64,000 nt of DNA, from positions 1,135 through 65,134 of the IMG/VR virus record IMGVR_UViG_3300050498_000117. One strand, written 5' to 3'. This document shows, one piece after another, positions 27,720-38,366 of the stretch. The position numbers and the translations under genes are program-made. Origin of the DNA: a virus. Lineage: Duplodnaviria > Caudoviricetes. The first letter of the stretch is position 1; each line of letters opens with the position of its first letter. The notes beneath the pieces were generated by a model. It did not search any database and was not told the DNA's origin. It saw only the letters and a list, made by a program, of their open reading frames with translations.

Positions 27720-28073
27720 CCGACTCTCCCTTCGCGTAGTTGAAATCGAAGGCGGTCGCGGGTTACCGTGCCCGGTGCCGCCTTGTGCGGAACGGCGCCA
27801 TGCCCGGTTGCGCGACACACGCTCCGGCTCCTCCACCCCCCGTGGATGACCCATCGGCGCCGCAGGGCCCCCGGCTTGATCACACCGGGGGCCCTGCCTT
27901 CGCTACAGGGGTACGCAGGAACATACCGCTGGCGGCGACGTCCGGGGAAGAGAACACCCCCGGGTCATACCCGGGGGTGTTGCGACCTCACGGTCAGGTA
28001 CCGCTTGCCAACGGCTCAGCACACTTGTCTGGCGTAAGGCTATGAGAAACGAGGCGGGAAGGACAACAGCCTC

Positions 28074-28298
28074 TTACGAGGCGCGTGCGCGGGGACGCGC
28101 TACGCGGCCGGGTGGCCACCTGTCTGTGGCCTTGGCCCACTTGATGATCGTCTCGGTGTACCACAGCGGCTTGTCGGGGAAGTCAGGTTCGTCAGGGTCT
28201 GGTAGCTGGTTACGCATGCGCCACTGCTGAGGCGTAGTAGGCGCGACGCCGAGCAGGCGGGCGATGCCAGCTAGGTCGATGAGCTTTCTGGTGTTCAT
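28074..28298 (-). CDS. AlpA/excisionase-like HTH DNA-binding protein
   Basis: LIDLAGIARLLGV...QQWR...LPDPD...KPLW...IIKW; own TTGACA promoter at about 28332. Confidence 0.7.
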   Translation of the reverse strand: MNTRKLIDLAGIARLLGVAPTTPQQWRMRNQLPDPDEPDFPDKPLWYTETIIKWAKATDRWPPGRVARPRARAS

Positions 28299-28375
28299 CA
28301 CCCTCCCAACTCCAGGTCGGTTCCATCCGGTTGTCAAGGTCAACGATACACCCCCGGGGGGCCGCTGGAAGTGAT

Positions 28376-28705
28376 CTAGACCAGGGAAAGCGCCCGAACG
28401 CTGAGGTCCGCATGGTCGATGTTGACCAGCAGATTGTCGCCGTAGATCTGCCGGGGGTACGGGCCCAGCGGCACAGTGGACGTGGCGGGGATGACGTAGT
28501 CGACCGGCGTAGGAGTCTCCCCATCCACCGTCTGCTCGATCACAGCCTGCGCGTTGTGCGGCGCCCCGCCTGCGTTGGTGATGAGGATCAGCGTCGACCC
28601 GTTGTTCGGCACAGTGTGATCGTTGGCGGGATCGGAGACACCTGCCGCCAACGCGGTAACCGTCAGCCGGCTAACCCGGGTGACGGGGACAGCTACCCGT
28701 GCCAC
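28376..28705 (-). CDS. Hypothetical beta-rich protein after holin
   Basis: GTG start with GAAG RBS. Confidence 0.6.
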   Translation of the reverse strand: MARVAVPVTRVSRLTVTALAAGVSDPANDHTVPNNGSTLILITNAGGAPHNAQAVIEQTVDGETPTPVDYVIPATSTVPLGPYPRQIYGDNLLVNIDHADLSVRALSLV

Positions 28706-28706
28706 T

Positions 28707-28925
28707 TCAGACCACCGAAGGGCTGTTCTTGTTGGGACCGAGCTGGGAACTGACGATGGAGGTGAAGACACTCACCGCTGCCGCCAGCCCGGCGACAGAG
28801 AACAGCTTGCCCCAATCGACATCCACCAACCCCATGCCATCCCCAGCGAGCAGGCCGATAGCCGCCTGCGCGAACGTCTTCACTGCCCGTTCGGCTGTCT
28901 CTGACCAAAACTGCCTGGTCCACAT
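28707..28925 (-). CDS. Holin (r1t-like)
   Basis: FW..TAERAVKTFAQ...VDW...AAAVSVFTSI. Confidence 0.9.
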   Translation of the reverse strand: MWTRQFWSETAERAVKTFAQAAIGLLAGDGMGLVDVDWGKLFSVAGLAAAVSVFTSIVSSQLGPNKNSPSVV

Positions 28926-28931
28926 GTCTGT

Positions 28932-29939
28932 CTACCCTTCGTTGAACGCATCGGCGACGGCCTGCGCCTGCGCGGCCTCACCTGCCTGCATCGCCGCCTT
29001 GATCCGATCCAGCTCCTGGTTGGCTTCGGTCAACTCCGCCGTCAGTTGATCAATCGTTGTCTGCATGGCGGTCCGGTCCGCATCGGCCTCGGCGGCCAAC
29101 TCGTTCATCCGGGCGATGATTACCGCAGTGTCCACCGATCCGCCGCCGGACGCTAGATCGTTCAAGATCTCCGCCATAGCCGCTAGCATCACGGTCATCG
29201 CGGAGAGCTGAGCCGCCATCGCCGTTTCGGCTGCGGCGCGATCATGCTGCTGGCCGGGCAGCCAACTGATAGGACGCCCCGCCACGGTCTGGTTAGCAGC
29301 CGGGTCGATGAGCTGCGGTGCGTTACCGCGCTTGCCCTGCGTCAGGATGAGCAGCACCTCACCGAGCGCCGCGCGTTCGTCGGGCAGCATGTCGTCTCCT
29401 ATCGGTCCAGGGGCGGAGCCTCCGCCGGCCAGCCAGTCCTCCAGCGACTGGCCGGACAGCACAGACAGCATGGCCTGTTTGTTGTGCCACGATTCGACCA
29501 TGCCCCGGTCTTCACTGAGGTGGATGTGCCAAAGGTGCGAACTGTCCGGGGTGCGCTCGCGGTGGTACCGGAAGTCGTAGCCCTCGGCCAAAAGATCACT
29601 GTCGGACTGGCCGAGAGCTTCCCGCCATCCGCTGACCCTGGGGTCGTCCCGTTCCCACGCCGCCTGCAACCGGTCGGTGTACAGCCGGATCCGGCCGTAG
29701 TTCCCCGCGTGCGCCTCCGGGAACGTCCAGTCGTAGGCCGCGCATTTGTCAGCCGGGCCTTGCTTGTCCTCTTCGTCCCTGATCGAGTAGTCGTTGCGCC
29801 ATTCCGGTTCGGCAAGCAAGTTGCCCCGGGTGTTGTGGTAACCGGGCTTGTACGCGTACATCCCACCGGACTGCGTCCCGGGCTCCAATGCCAGCAGCGC
29901 GGCCATGAACCGCTCCTGGGCTGCTGTCGTTGGAGCCAC
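28932..29939 (-). CDS. Endolysin, M15/LAS-like peptidase with C-terminal coiled coil
   Basis: KPGYH, AAYD, SHLWHIH Zn-ligand pattern; upstream of holin. Confidence 0.65.
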   Translation of the reverse strand: MAPTTAAQERFMAALLALEPGTQSGGMYAYKPGYHNTRGNLLAEPEWRNDYSIRDEEDKQGPADKCAAYDWTFPEAHAGNYGRIRLYTDRLQAAWERDDPRVSGWREALGQSDSDLLAEGYDFRYHRERTPDSSHLWHIHLSEDRGMVESWHNKQAMLSVLSGQSLEDWLAGGGSAPGPIGDDMLPDERAALGEVLLILTQGKRGNAPQLIDPAANQTVAGRPISWLPGQQHDRAAAETAMAAQLSAMTVMLAAMAEILNDLASGGGSVDTAVIIARMNELAAEADADRTAMQTTIDQLTAELTEANQELDRIKAAMQAGEAAQAQAVADAFNEG

Positions 29940-29943
29940 GCCA

Positions 29944-30602
29944 TCACCGACCCATGCTGATGACTGTCAACCAGACCGCAGACAGGACCAGCAGCACCAT
30001 CGCCAACGCCAGTAGCCAGCTCGACCGCCGGAATGCCTGTTCGATGCGGGTCAGACTCGCAACCCGTCGGGCCGTGCTGGGGGACTCACTCCTCGGTTCG
30101 CGAGCATCGTCTCTAGGCGGAAGATGTGGCGGAGGGCTAGCAGGGCCACCCCCCGGTAGTCCTCCCCCTCCGCCTCCGTCGCCTCCAGCTCCCTCCGGCA
30201 CTCCTCCAGTTGGGCGGAGATCCGCTGCGAACGGACGGTCAGCAAGCCTGCGATGGCCGCCACTAGCCCAGCCAGGCCGGTAGCGATCGGCCCAATCAGC
30301 TCCGGCCACACCCCTGCTCCTCCCGGGCACGTGTCATGGCCGAATCATGCCACGCAGGGTTACGGGGAGAGCGCATCTCCGCGCTGCGAGATGTAACGCC
30401 GGTTCGCGAAGATCGTCGCTGTAGGGTATGCCGCCTGAAGGTGATCGATCAACGCCTCGCAGGCAGCGGTGAACCCCGCATCGGCGATGTCCAGGTCAGG
30501 GGTCCCCTCCAAGGTGAACGTCAACGACCCGTACGAGCCAATCTCCTCCACGGTGAAGCTGACCTGAACTTGCATGCCGGAGTAGCCATCGGTAGGAACC
30601 AT
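29944..30602 (-). other. Small lysis-region membrane proteins and a hypothetical (30051-30311 TM, 30360-30602)
   Basis: TM segments; position between tail and lysin genes. Confidence 0.5.
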
Positions 30603-30609
30603 TCCCGCA

Positions 30610-31299
30610 TCATCCCACGCGGTCGAGCCGCAGCCACGAGTCCGTCTTCATGCGGGTGTTCACAGCCTCCGAGGCGTTCTGCGCCCACTGAAGCTGAAGG
30701 TTACCGGCGGTGCCGGCGACGACCAGGAGGCCGGTCATCCGTACCGCGACGAACGTTCCAATGCCTGCACCGTTGCGGGTCATAGTGGAGGTGAGCGCGG
30801 CGCCCGGTACAGCGCTGAAGTTACCGACCTGGGTGCCTACCGCGTTGTCCAAACCCTGCACCGTCCACCGGGGCATAGTCGCGCCGGCCGGCGCGGTCCA
30901 CTGCCACTTGATGTCCGCTGTGGTGCCGGAGTCATAGACCCAAAGCCCGGACACGTCGTACACGCCGTTGACCTGCACGGGGAGGACCAGGTGCGAATCG
31001 TTCACAAAGACGGTAGAGGCGTTGACAACCTGCGTTTCCGTCGCCTTGCGAACGAATAGCGGGTAAGCCTCCATCCACACCCCGGCCTGCCTCCGGTCGA
31101 AACGGCCGGGTGCGGCCAGGAAGGAGAACTCACCGTTGGGCGGTGCCGGGTTCCGGGCGGTGCGGTCGGCCTCGTCGACGTACCGCTTCACCAGCCGGGT
31201 TTCCACATCGGCCAGGAAGTCGAGGAAGTCCTGCGGTGCGACAGCCGCATCCGGGCCGTTCGGGGTGGTGACTTGCTGGTCAGGAGAGTTGGTGGGCAT
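30610..31299 (-). CDS. Minor tail / receptor-binding protein
   Basis: Beta-rich; GNLQLQWAQ...SWL motif; position. Confidence 0.65.
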   Translation of the reverse strand: MPTNSPDQQVTTPNGPDAAVAPQDFLDFLADVETRLVKRYVDEADRTARNPAPPNGEFSFLAAPGRFDRRQAGVWMEAYPLFVRKATETQVVNASTVFVNDSHLVLPVQVNGVYDVSGLWVYDSGTTADIKWQWTAPAGATMPRWTVQGLDNAVGTQVGNFSAVPGAALTSTMTRNGAGIGTFVAVRMTGLLVVAGTAGNLQLQWAQNASEAVNTRMKTDSWLRLDRVG

Positions 31300-31309
31300 G
31301 ACAGGACTC

Positions 31310-31876
31310 CTAGCTGATCACGGTCAGCGGGCAGATGCGGAACGCCTGGAGGGAACATCCAACAGCGGTGCCCGGTCCCCCGGTTCCGGTCCAGATGCCC
31401 CGGTGTTGGATGGTGTCGCCGACCTGGCAGGCGATCAGCCCCGAAAGCGACGTCTGCATCCCGAAGCCACCCGATGTTGCTTCGTTCTTCCGCTCGGCGA
31501 ACTTACGGACCCCGTTTTGGAACACGCCGATCCGCCACGACGTCAAGGTGGCGAAGTCGCTGATGGCCCCGTCGATGTGGACGAGGTACACGCCGGGAGT
31601 CACCACAGTGAACTGTGTCGGGGTGCCCAGGGAGAACATGCCGTCGTTGTCGTAGCGGATGCTGGAGAAGGACACCGTCGTCTCGGTGTTGATGACCATG
31701 GCCTGCGAGTTGGTGGTGACCCACGCAGCCGGCCGGTCGAGCAGCCCCGCGACGGTCGTCTCCATACCGTTGACTAGTCCGTCGATGGTCTCGGCGAAGT
31801 CCTGCCAGATCGACGGGTCTACCACCTCTCCCACGAACGGGTAGGGGATGCCGAACACCGGGGTAGCGCCGGGCAT
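31310..31876 (-). CDS. Minor tail protein (C1q-like beta sandwich)
   Basis: FTVVTPGVYLV...GD pattern. Confidence 0.65.
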   Translation of the reverse strand: MPGATPVFGIPYPFVGEVVDPSIWQDFAETIDGLVNGMETTVAGLLDRPAAWVTTNSQAMVINTETTVSFSSIRYDNDGMFSLGTPTQFTVVTPGVYLVHIDGAISDFATLTSWRIGVFQNGVRKFAERKNEATSGGFGMQTSLSGLIACQVGDTIQHRGIWTGTGGPGTAVGCSLQAFRICPLTVIS

Positions 31877-31877
31877 C

Positions 31878-32528
31878 TCACACCACCTCGATCGCTTCGA
31901 CGGAGCCGACGCGGGTCAACCAGATCCAGTAGCCGCCAACCGGGATCTGGACCATCGACGCAACGTTTCCGTGTAGCCAGGTGATCTGGACGACGTAGTC
32001 GCCGAAGTCTTCATCAACCACGAAGGTGCCTTCCGAGCCGAAGAACGACCCACCCGCGATGTTTTCCGCCTGAACGGCCCGGTTGAACTCAGCGACGATC
32101 AGCGGACCTCCGGGCACGTTCTTTTCGATGATGCAGTTGGCGCGCCGGAGGCTGTCGTTGGTAACCGCCCCCACCTCGACGGTGTTGATCGACCAGCCGA
32201 TGTGGTAGATGCCGGGCTCCAGGAACGTCCCCGGGTTGGTGCCGATGTTCAGCCCGTTGAGGGGAAACGGGAACGGCGGCTGGACGTTGGAGAACACGAC
32301 GTCGCTGCTGGTCTGCTGGAGGCTCGCGAAGCCGGTTGTGTCGATCGGGCCGATGATCTCGTCGTTGTTCCAAATCGTTGTGCGGGGCATGTCGAAGGTC
32401 GTTGCCAACTCCTGCTGCGCCAGGAGATGCGCCTCGACCATCTCAGCCACGCGTTGCATGTAGAGCGCGTAGGCGCCGTAGTCCTCCGGGTCGGGGCACG
32501 GCAGACCGAGGCATTCGGTGAAGTTCAT
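31878..32528 (-). CDS. Minor tail protein
   Basis: N-terminus similar to neighbours; PGIYHIG motif. Confidence 0.6.
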   Translation of the reverse strand: MNFTECLGLPCPDPEDYGAYALYMQRVAEMVEAHLLAQQELATTFDMPRTTIWNNDEIIGPIDTTGFASLQQTSSDVVFSNVQPPFPFPLNGLNIGTNPGTFLEPGIYHIGWSINTVEVGAVTNDSLRRANCIIEKNVPGGPLIVAEFNRAVQAENIAGGSFFGSEGTFVVDEDFGDYVVQITWLHGNVASMVQIPVGGYWIWLTRVGSVEAIEVV

Positions 32529-33136
32529 AGGTTGTTGATCCGATCGTTGGCCCAGTGCACGGCCAGGTTCGCCCGCCCAACGGTCACGTTGATGTTGGTG
32601 GCTTGGAACGCCAGCCCAAACTGCAAACCCTCGTTGGCGAAGGCCGGATTGAGGATGGCGTGACCGGAGGTGCGGAGGAAGTAGTTGCCCGACGCGGGAG
32701 CGCGGAACTCGTCGGACACGACCGCCGAAAGTCCCGTAGCGCCGGAGGCCGGGACGAACCCGAGGCTGATGTAGATCAGAACAACCTCACCCGACGTCAC
32801 CCCGCTGATCATGGCGTCACCCACCGCGTACCAGGTACCCGGACGCCGGGCGGTGATCAGGTACTCGTTTTGCAGCAGGTCCGCCATGTTGTCGGTGTCG
32901 TAACTGACCGACTCGAACGGCACCGGGACGATGTTGTCGGAGGTGAGGACAAGGTCCGTTTCACGACGGATCTGGGCGGCGGGAACAGCAGGGGTGAGCC
33001 GGCCGAAGGTGGTGTCGAGGGCACACAGTTCGGTGTCGAGCTGCGCGACGAAGTCGCACCACGCGTCGGGCATGTCGCAGGGCCGGTCCGAGCCGACCGG
33101 GTAGGGGAAGAACTGGGTGGAGGTGAACGCGACCAT
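32525..33136 (-). CDS. Minor tail protein
   Basis: FFPYP N-terminus; ITARRPGTWY motif. Confidence 0.6.
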   Translation of the reverse strand: MVAFTSTQFFPYPVGSDRPCDMPDAWCDFVAQLDTELCALDTTFGRLTPAVPAAQIRRETDLVLTSDNIVPVPFESVSYDTDNMADLLQNEYLITARRPGTWYAVGDAMISGVTSGEVVLIYISLGFVPASGATGLSAVVSDEFRAPASGNYFLRTSGHAILNPAFANEGLQFGLAFQATNINVTVGRANLAVHWANDRINNL

Positions 33137-33351
33137 CAGCCGGGGAGCACCTCCCCCAACACGAGCCACGTCGAACGCTGCCGCATCAGCGCGACGGTGT
33201 CCCCGACCCCCGGGGTGTAGCTGGCCAGCCGGCCGGGCGTTGCTATCCCACCGCCTTGCAGCAGGACAGTCAACGGTGAAGTGGCGGTGACTGTGCCTAC
33301 CCTGATCGAGTTGGGGGCGGGGTGAGCGGCTACCGCTTGGGCCATCGTCAT
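33136..33351 (-). CDS. Small tail-tip protein
   Basis: GTVTATSPLTV...YTPGVGDTV...WLVLG. Confidence 0.65.
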   Translation of the reverse strand: MTMAQAVAAHPAPNSIRVGTVTATSPLTVLLQGGGIATPGRLASYTPGVGDTVALMRQRSTWLVLGEVLPG

Positions 33352-34451
33352 AACGTCTCCAGACTGCCAACGACCTGGGCCCGACAGGAAACCGACATCA
33401 TCTCCGTAGTATCCAGCGGCATGGAGAACTGGGCGACTACCTGCCGGATGTCGACCCGGCCACGCACGTCGAGCCGTTGAATGTCGCCCAGTTCGACAGA
33501 CGCGTCAGGGATGCAGACGTAAGACCACGACTCAGTGAAGGCAGTTGTGCGCCTCAGGAAGTCCTCCGCCGCCTGCCGGGCAGCGTCCGGCGTAGAGGGA
33601 GTCTGCAAGTTGATCAGTGTGTTGCGTCGACCGAACGGCCCATCCACGAAGGTCGGCGAGGCGGGGTTGAGGTCTTCAGCGGTGTGGAACACAGGCGCGG
33701 TGCCGTCGGTGCGCTCACCCGTGACCGTGACGGAGTTGTAGACCTTCGCCCGACCGCGTCCGGGCCGGGCCCGCAGCACCGTCCCACCTTCGGTATCCGT
33801 GAGCGTCACCACCGGGTCACCCGCCACCGTCCAGGGAACTTTCCGCATCACGAACCGCCCGTCCGCCAGCGGGTACCAGAACGCGCCCACCGAGACGGCG
33901 ATCTCGTCGAGTGCACCTGCCCGGTCATGCTCCCAGGTTTCGATGGGCATCGTTTGGAAGAAGGAGTCGGAGGGGCCGAAGGTAGCGTCGGGCAGGCCAT
34001 CGGAGACGAGCCGTTGAAACTCGTCGAAGACCGGGATGCCGGGCACGCTGTTCTCCGGTGCCACGAACGCCGCGTCCGCGACGTCCGCCGCCCGGTCTTG
34101 CGCGACGACGTAGCAGGCGCCTTCGTCCTGCTCGACCTCCGTGATCCGGCCGGTGAACACCCGCCACACGTACCGCTCGCCGTCAGCGAAGATCAACCCC
34201 CGGTAGGCGCGGATCACATTACCGAACGGGGCGAACAGGCCATCGTCCTCAACGGGGTAGTCGCCCTTGGGCAGGGTGAGAGACAGAGTGCGAGACACGC
34301 GGGATGTGAGGGTCGCGTCGACTGACCCGGCCAGGAACACCACATCAGTAGCGAGCCGGACAGCGCCGCGCCACACTTCCACCCGCACATAGGGTTCGTG
34401 TCCGGCCGCGAGCGCCTGCCGGTACAGGAGGTCCGTGCCGCCGGGCAGCAT
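33348..34451 (-). CDS. Minor tail (hub-type) protein
   Basis: Position after Dit-like gene; WRVFTGRI, YNSVTVTG. Confidence 0.7.
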   Translation of the reverse strand: MLPGGTDLLYRQALAAGHEPYVRVEVWRGAVRLATDVVFLAGSVDATLTSRVSRTLSLTLPKGDYPVEDDGLFAPFGNVIRAYRGLIFADGERYVWRVFTGRITEVEQDEGACYVVAQDRAADVADAAFVAPENSVPGIPVFDEFQRLVSDGLPDATFGPSDSFFQTMPIETWEHDRAGALDEIAVSVGAFWYPLADGRFVMRKVPWTVAGDPVVTLTDTEGGTVLRARPGRGRAKVYNSVTVTGERTDGTAPVFHTAEDLNPASPTFVDGPFGRRNTLINLQTPSTPDAARQAAEDFLRRTTAFTESWSYVCIPDASVELGDIQRLDVRGRVDIRQVVAQFSMPLDTTEMMSVSCRAQVVGSLETL

Positions 34452-36040
34452 CAGCCACCGTCCATCAGGTCGTCCCATGTGCCGTTGGCTGCTACCGCGT
34501 CCCAGTCGGCGAATTCGGCGTCGACCTCGTCCCAGGTGCGGAATCCGGTGTCTACTACGCCGCCGGCCGCGCCCGCCAGGATGTCCGTGCCGGTGATCCC
34601 GGCCGCCGCCATCTCGTCCCAGGTCGCGTAGACAGCGCACAGGTCCATGAACCGTGAACCACACACACCCTGCGTGGTACCTACCGGCCGCGCGACTGTC
34701 GTGTAGGGGAGCTGATGCAGCCGGGGCTGGTAGCGGTGATCGGGGGACACCCTGCCGATGTCCACCGGGGGAACGAACATGTACCGGTCGGGGATGCCGT
34801 AGTTGGGCGGGCCGGAGAACAGCAGTTCGCCTCCAGGCGCGAGGGTTTCGATCAACGCGTCTCTGTCGGTGAACATGCGGGTGGCCAACGTGAGGGTGCT
34901 GTCGGCGTCCCGGCGCTGCCGCCGCACCGGGATGGGGAACTTGGCGTTGGACGGGTTGACCAGTGTGCCGTTGTTCGGGTAGCTCTCCGTGCCCATCTCC
35001 ACGAAGAAGATTCCCGGGCCGGGCAGGCATGCTGGGTGCGGCGCGTAGCACAGCTCGACCCTGCGGTCGTTGCAGGGCCGTACCGGGTCACGCAGCCAAA
35101 AGCCCTCATCGGAGGGGAGGGTCAAGACGTCACTGTCGAAGCCGGTGAAGTCGACCGTGGCGAAGAAGTTGTCGACCTGGAAGACGACCGGTAGCGCGTT
35201 GGTGTTGCCGGCAGACAGGATGATCCGGATGCCGACCTTGCCGGTCAGCAGCGTCGCGTCGGGGGTACCCGTCAGCATCCATGCCGCAGGTTCCGGGGTG
35301 CCGCGCCGCCACACCTTGGCCATGTGTGTCGAGCCGAAGTTACGGCCCCGTACCCGGAACCAGTCACCCGGGGCGTACGCGAGCCCGGTCGCGAGTGTGC
35401 CCAACGAGGTGTCGACCGCGCCGACCCGCTTGATGATCGACAGCGTGACGGTGCCTGCGGTCTCGAACTCGAGCTGGTACCGGTACATGTTGCCGGTGTC
35501 CAGGTAGCGGGTCATCGCGGCCATGTGAATGTCCGCGCCGGTCGCGGTGACCGGGATCTGGAAGTCGACGTACACGTCAGCGTCGTTGATGTTGTCGCCG
35601 ATCGACCCGCGCCGGCTGTTGTTTACCGCACCAACTTCGACCGTGCCAACGGTGCCGTTCACGTCCCAGTTCGCGGCGGTTGCTTCCACGGTCCACGGCT
35701 GAAGCGTGTCGGCATTGTTCCAGGTGTCCACGTTGATCCGGGAGAAGGAGTCCCGGATGGAATGATCGACGGCGGTGAACTCCGCCGAACGGGTCCGATA
35801 GAAGAACGACGTGTCGAGCGGCGCCTCCGTGTCCCAAAAGATCGCCTTGTGGTCCGAGGCCACAATGAACTCCCCGGCCTCACCGCAGGGATAGATGTAG
35901 GGCCGCAGCGGGGTCTCTTCCCCCGTGTCGACCCGCACCCGGACAACCTGGATGCAGCGCGCGTACGGCACATCGCCCCAGTTGGCCTGGACTAGGACGT
36001 GTCCCACGTTGGGGAACGGGGTGGCGGTGATGGTCGGCAT
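34451..36040 (-). CDS. Minor tail protein (Dit-like with inserted carbohydrate-binding-like domain)
   Basis: Follows TMP; WDTEAPLD; RDSF...W insertion. Confidence 0.7.
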   Translation of the reverse strand: MPTITATPFPNVGHVLVQANWGDVPYARCIQVVRVRVDTGEETPLRPYIYPCGEAGEFIVASDHKAIFWDTEAPLDTSFFYRTRSAEFTAVDHSIRDSFSRINVDTWNNADTLQPWTVEATAANWDVNGTVGTVEVGAVNNSRRGSIGDNINDADVYVDFQIPVTATGADIHMAAMTRYLDTGNMYRYQLEFETAGTVTLSIIKRVGAVDTSLGTLATGLAYAPGDWFRVRGRNFGSTHMAKVWRRGTPEPAAWMLTGTPDATLLTGKVGIRIILSAGNTNALPVVFQVDNFFATVDFTGFDSDVLTLPSDEGFWLRDPVRPCNDRRVELCYAPHPACLPGPGIFFVEMGTESYPNNGTLVNPSNAKFPIPVRRQRRDADSTLTLATRMFTDRDALIETLAPGGELLFSGPPNYGIPDRYMFVPPVDIGRVSPDHRYQPRLHQLPYTTVARPVGTTQGVCGSRFMDLCAVYATWDEMAAAGITGTDILAGAAGGVVDTGFRTWDEVDAEFADWDAVAANGTWDDLMDGG

Positions 36041-36043
36041 GGG

Positions 36044-37765
36044 TCACGCTGCCCTGGGTCCGTTGGCCAACGCCCGGGACTCCGCGCCTAGAGCGCGTAC
36101 GACCCGCACGTCGAGAATGTCGGTGATCTCCCGGGTCCCCAGGAACACCTGGACGGTGGGCGCTCCGCCTCCGCCCCCGAACCCCATGTTCAGCAGCCCC
36201 GCACGACTCATGACCTCCCGGGCCCGCTTCGGGTTGTTGAGCGGCACGACCGCCTCCGGCCCGGCCTCGCCAATCATCGCCAACGTGGGGCGCCTCACCA
36301 CATCACCCTCAGCCAGCAGCGCCGGCAGGACGGGCGAGACGACGAACGACCGGATGACACCGAGGATCTTGCTCTTGCCGACGAGCCGGTCCAGCCAGCC
36401 GAGCAACTCCCGGACCTTAGCGATCACGAACCCGATGAACAGGGAGATCGAGGTGAACGCCAGGCCGATGGCGAGCACCTGCCCCAAGATCAGCGAGAAC
36501 ATCTGGAGCAGGCCCTTCAGGGCCTCCCGGATAGTCGGGTCCTTCAGATAGGAGTTGAGGGTAGCCAGCCCGGCGTTGAGATCCTCCAGGAACTTCTTAC
36601 CCTCTTCGCGGGTCAGCCCGAACAGGAGAGTGACAAACTCCCACAGCAACTGGAACGTCTTCACCAGCTCAGCCCCGGTGGCCAGCGCCTCGTCGATCCA
36701 GCGTTGAAACTCCCCCGACTCGACCGCCGCGATCAGCTTGTCGCCGACGGTGGTGAGTAGTTGCCCGAACAGGCCCAGCAGCTTCTCTACGACCGGCAGG
36801 CTAGCGACTACAACCGCTAGGAACCCTTCCATCAGCCGCATGCCGCCTGCGCCAAGCGCGGTGATGATCCGGCCGGTGGCTTCGAAGATCCGTGCTATCT
36901 GGTCCGCGACGGCTGGGGTGGCAAGTCTGCGGGAGAACGCATCCAGCAGCTCTCCCATCGCTGTAGCGACGTTGGCTAGCCCTCCCGCGAGCGCAGGCCC
37001 CAGCGCGCGCATGAGGCGGGTCAGCGCGCCGGTGACCTCTTGGAAGAACGCCTGCTGGACGAGCTGCCGCAGTTCGCGGAACTGCGGCACGAGCTTCTGG
37101 AATTCCTTGGCGACGGCGCGGGCGGCGGGGGACAGACCTTTGAGGGCTTCCCTGATCTTGTCGGGGTCGCCGTCCATGATCGCTTCGAGCGCGTCCCCGA
37201 AGCCCTGGAAGGCGATCACCAACGGAACGAAGGCCGTAACCAAGGTGGCGATCATGCCGGGGAGGACGCCTACCAACCCGGCGAGGGTGGAGAGCTGCGC
37301 CACGATCCCGATCAGACCCAAGACCAGCGGGGGTCCCACCGTGACCAAGGCCGCAAGCTTCGCGGCTAGCTCCGGGCCCTTCTGGATCAGGCTGGCAACC
37401 TGCGCGAGTAGACCGGTGAACCCCTTACCAACGGAGGACAGCAGGCCCCCGAAGAATTCGGACACCTGACTCGAGGTGTTCCGTACTCCGTCGAGCGCAT
37501 CGTCGATGGCGTTCTTCATCGTGCGGGCGAGGAGCTTGCCGTGCTTCCGTCCACCCCGCAGAACCGCATCACCGAACTCGTCGGTGAACTCCTGACCGGC
37601 GTCTTCCCCGGCCTCGGCGGCGGCTTCGATCAGCTCCGTGAAGTCGGCGCGCCGGCCGACGTGCTTGAGTTCGTCGTTCAGCTCCTTTTCGGCGGTACGG
37701 CGGAACCGCGTCCAGTCGGCGAGGATCTCGACGAACGCCTGGCCTACCTGCCGAGGTGTAGCCAT
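36044..37765 (-). CDS. Tape measure protein (short, 573 aa)
   Basis: Ala/Leu/Gly-rich helical; C-terminal VVRRPTLAMIGEAGPEAVVPL. Confidence 0.9.
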   Translation of the reverse strand: MATPRQVGQAFVEILADWTRFRRTAEKELNDELKHVGRRADFTELIEAAAEAGEDAGQEFTDEFGDAVLRGGRKHGKLLARTMKNAIDDALDGVRNTSSQVSEFFGGLLSSVGKGFTGLLAQVASLIQKGPELAAKLAALVTVGPPLVLGLIGIVAQLSTLAGLVGVLPGMIATLVTAFVPLVIAFQGFGDALEAIMDGDPDKIREALKGLSPAARAVAKEFQKLVPQFRELRQLVQQAFFQEVTGALTRLMRALGPALAGGLANVATAMGELLDAFSRRLATPAVADQIARIFEATGRIITALGAGGMRLMEGFLAVVVASLPVVEKLLGLFGQLLTTVGDKLIAAVESGEFQRWIDEALATGAELVKTFQLLWEFVTLLFGLTREEGKKFLEDLNAGLATLNSYLKDPTIREALKGLLQMFSLILGQVLAIGLAFTSISLFIGFVIAKVRELLGWLDRLVGKSKILGVIRSFVVSPVLPALLAEGDVVRRPTLAMIGEAGPEAVVPLNNPKRAREVMSRAGLLNMGFGGGGGAPTVQVFLGTREITDILDVRVVRALGAESRALANGPRAA

Positions 37766-37814
37766 GGCGCGGAAGATAGCCGATCAGCCACAGGCGGAGC
37801 CAGCGCTTGACGCG

Positions 37815-38366
37815 TCATGGAAGTGGCTTACCTTCCTCCGCAAGCATCTCTTCGAACGCCTGCGCGTAGAAGTCCTCATCGAACCACTCCGCCCCCGAAA
37901 CCCCCGCCGGGGGTGTGGAGAGTTGACCGTCGAAGGTAAAGCGTTGCTCCTTGGTCATGTTGCGGACGGCCAGGGCGTAAATGGCGTTGAGCGCAGCCCC
38001 CAGCGGGGCCGCGTCCAGATCGACTCCATGGACGGTCAGCTCGCCGCCGACATGCCGCCACTCCGCTGCCGCGCTGCGGATCAGCCGATCGGCTTCCCAC
38101 CACTTCCACCCCGATGCCGCCGCCAGGGCTTCCCGGTGCACCCTGATCAACTCTTCGACGGTGAACAGGCCATCCAGAAGCCCCTCCAGGATGGCTTCCT
38201 CGTCGTCGGGGCCTAGGAGTCCCGGGACGATTGGCATCGGCTGCTCGTCGTCCAGGATGGCCAGGAACCACCTTCCCGCCGGCAAGGGAGGGATGGTGTA
38301 GGTGCGTCCGCCCAAGTCGACCTCGACCGCCCAGACGGTCAAGGCGGCGCGGGCGGCATCCGTCAC
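37815..38366 (-). CDS. Tail assembly chaperone (second)
   Basis: Position before TMP. Confidence 0.6.
   Translation of the reverse strand: MTDAARAALTVWAVEVDLGGRTYTIPPLPAGRWFLAILDDEQPMPIVPGLLGPDDEEAILEGLLDGLFTVEELIRVHREALAAASGWKWWEADRLIRSAAAEWRHVGGELTVHGVDLDAAPLGAALNAIYALAVRNMTKEQRFTFDGQLSTPPAGVSGAEWFDEDFYAQAFEEMLAEEGKPLP

Noticed and set aside
28074-28298. Integration cassette
   Set aside because: Excisionase-like HTH only; no integrase or att core identifiable in the window.
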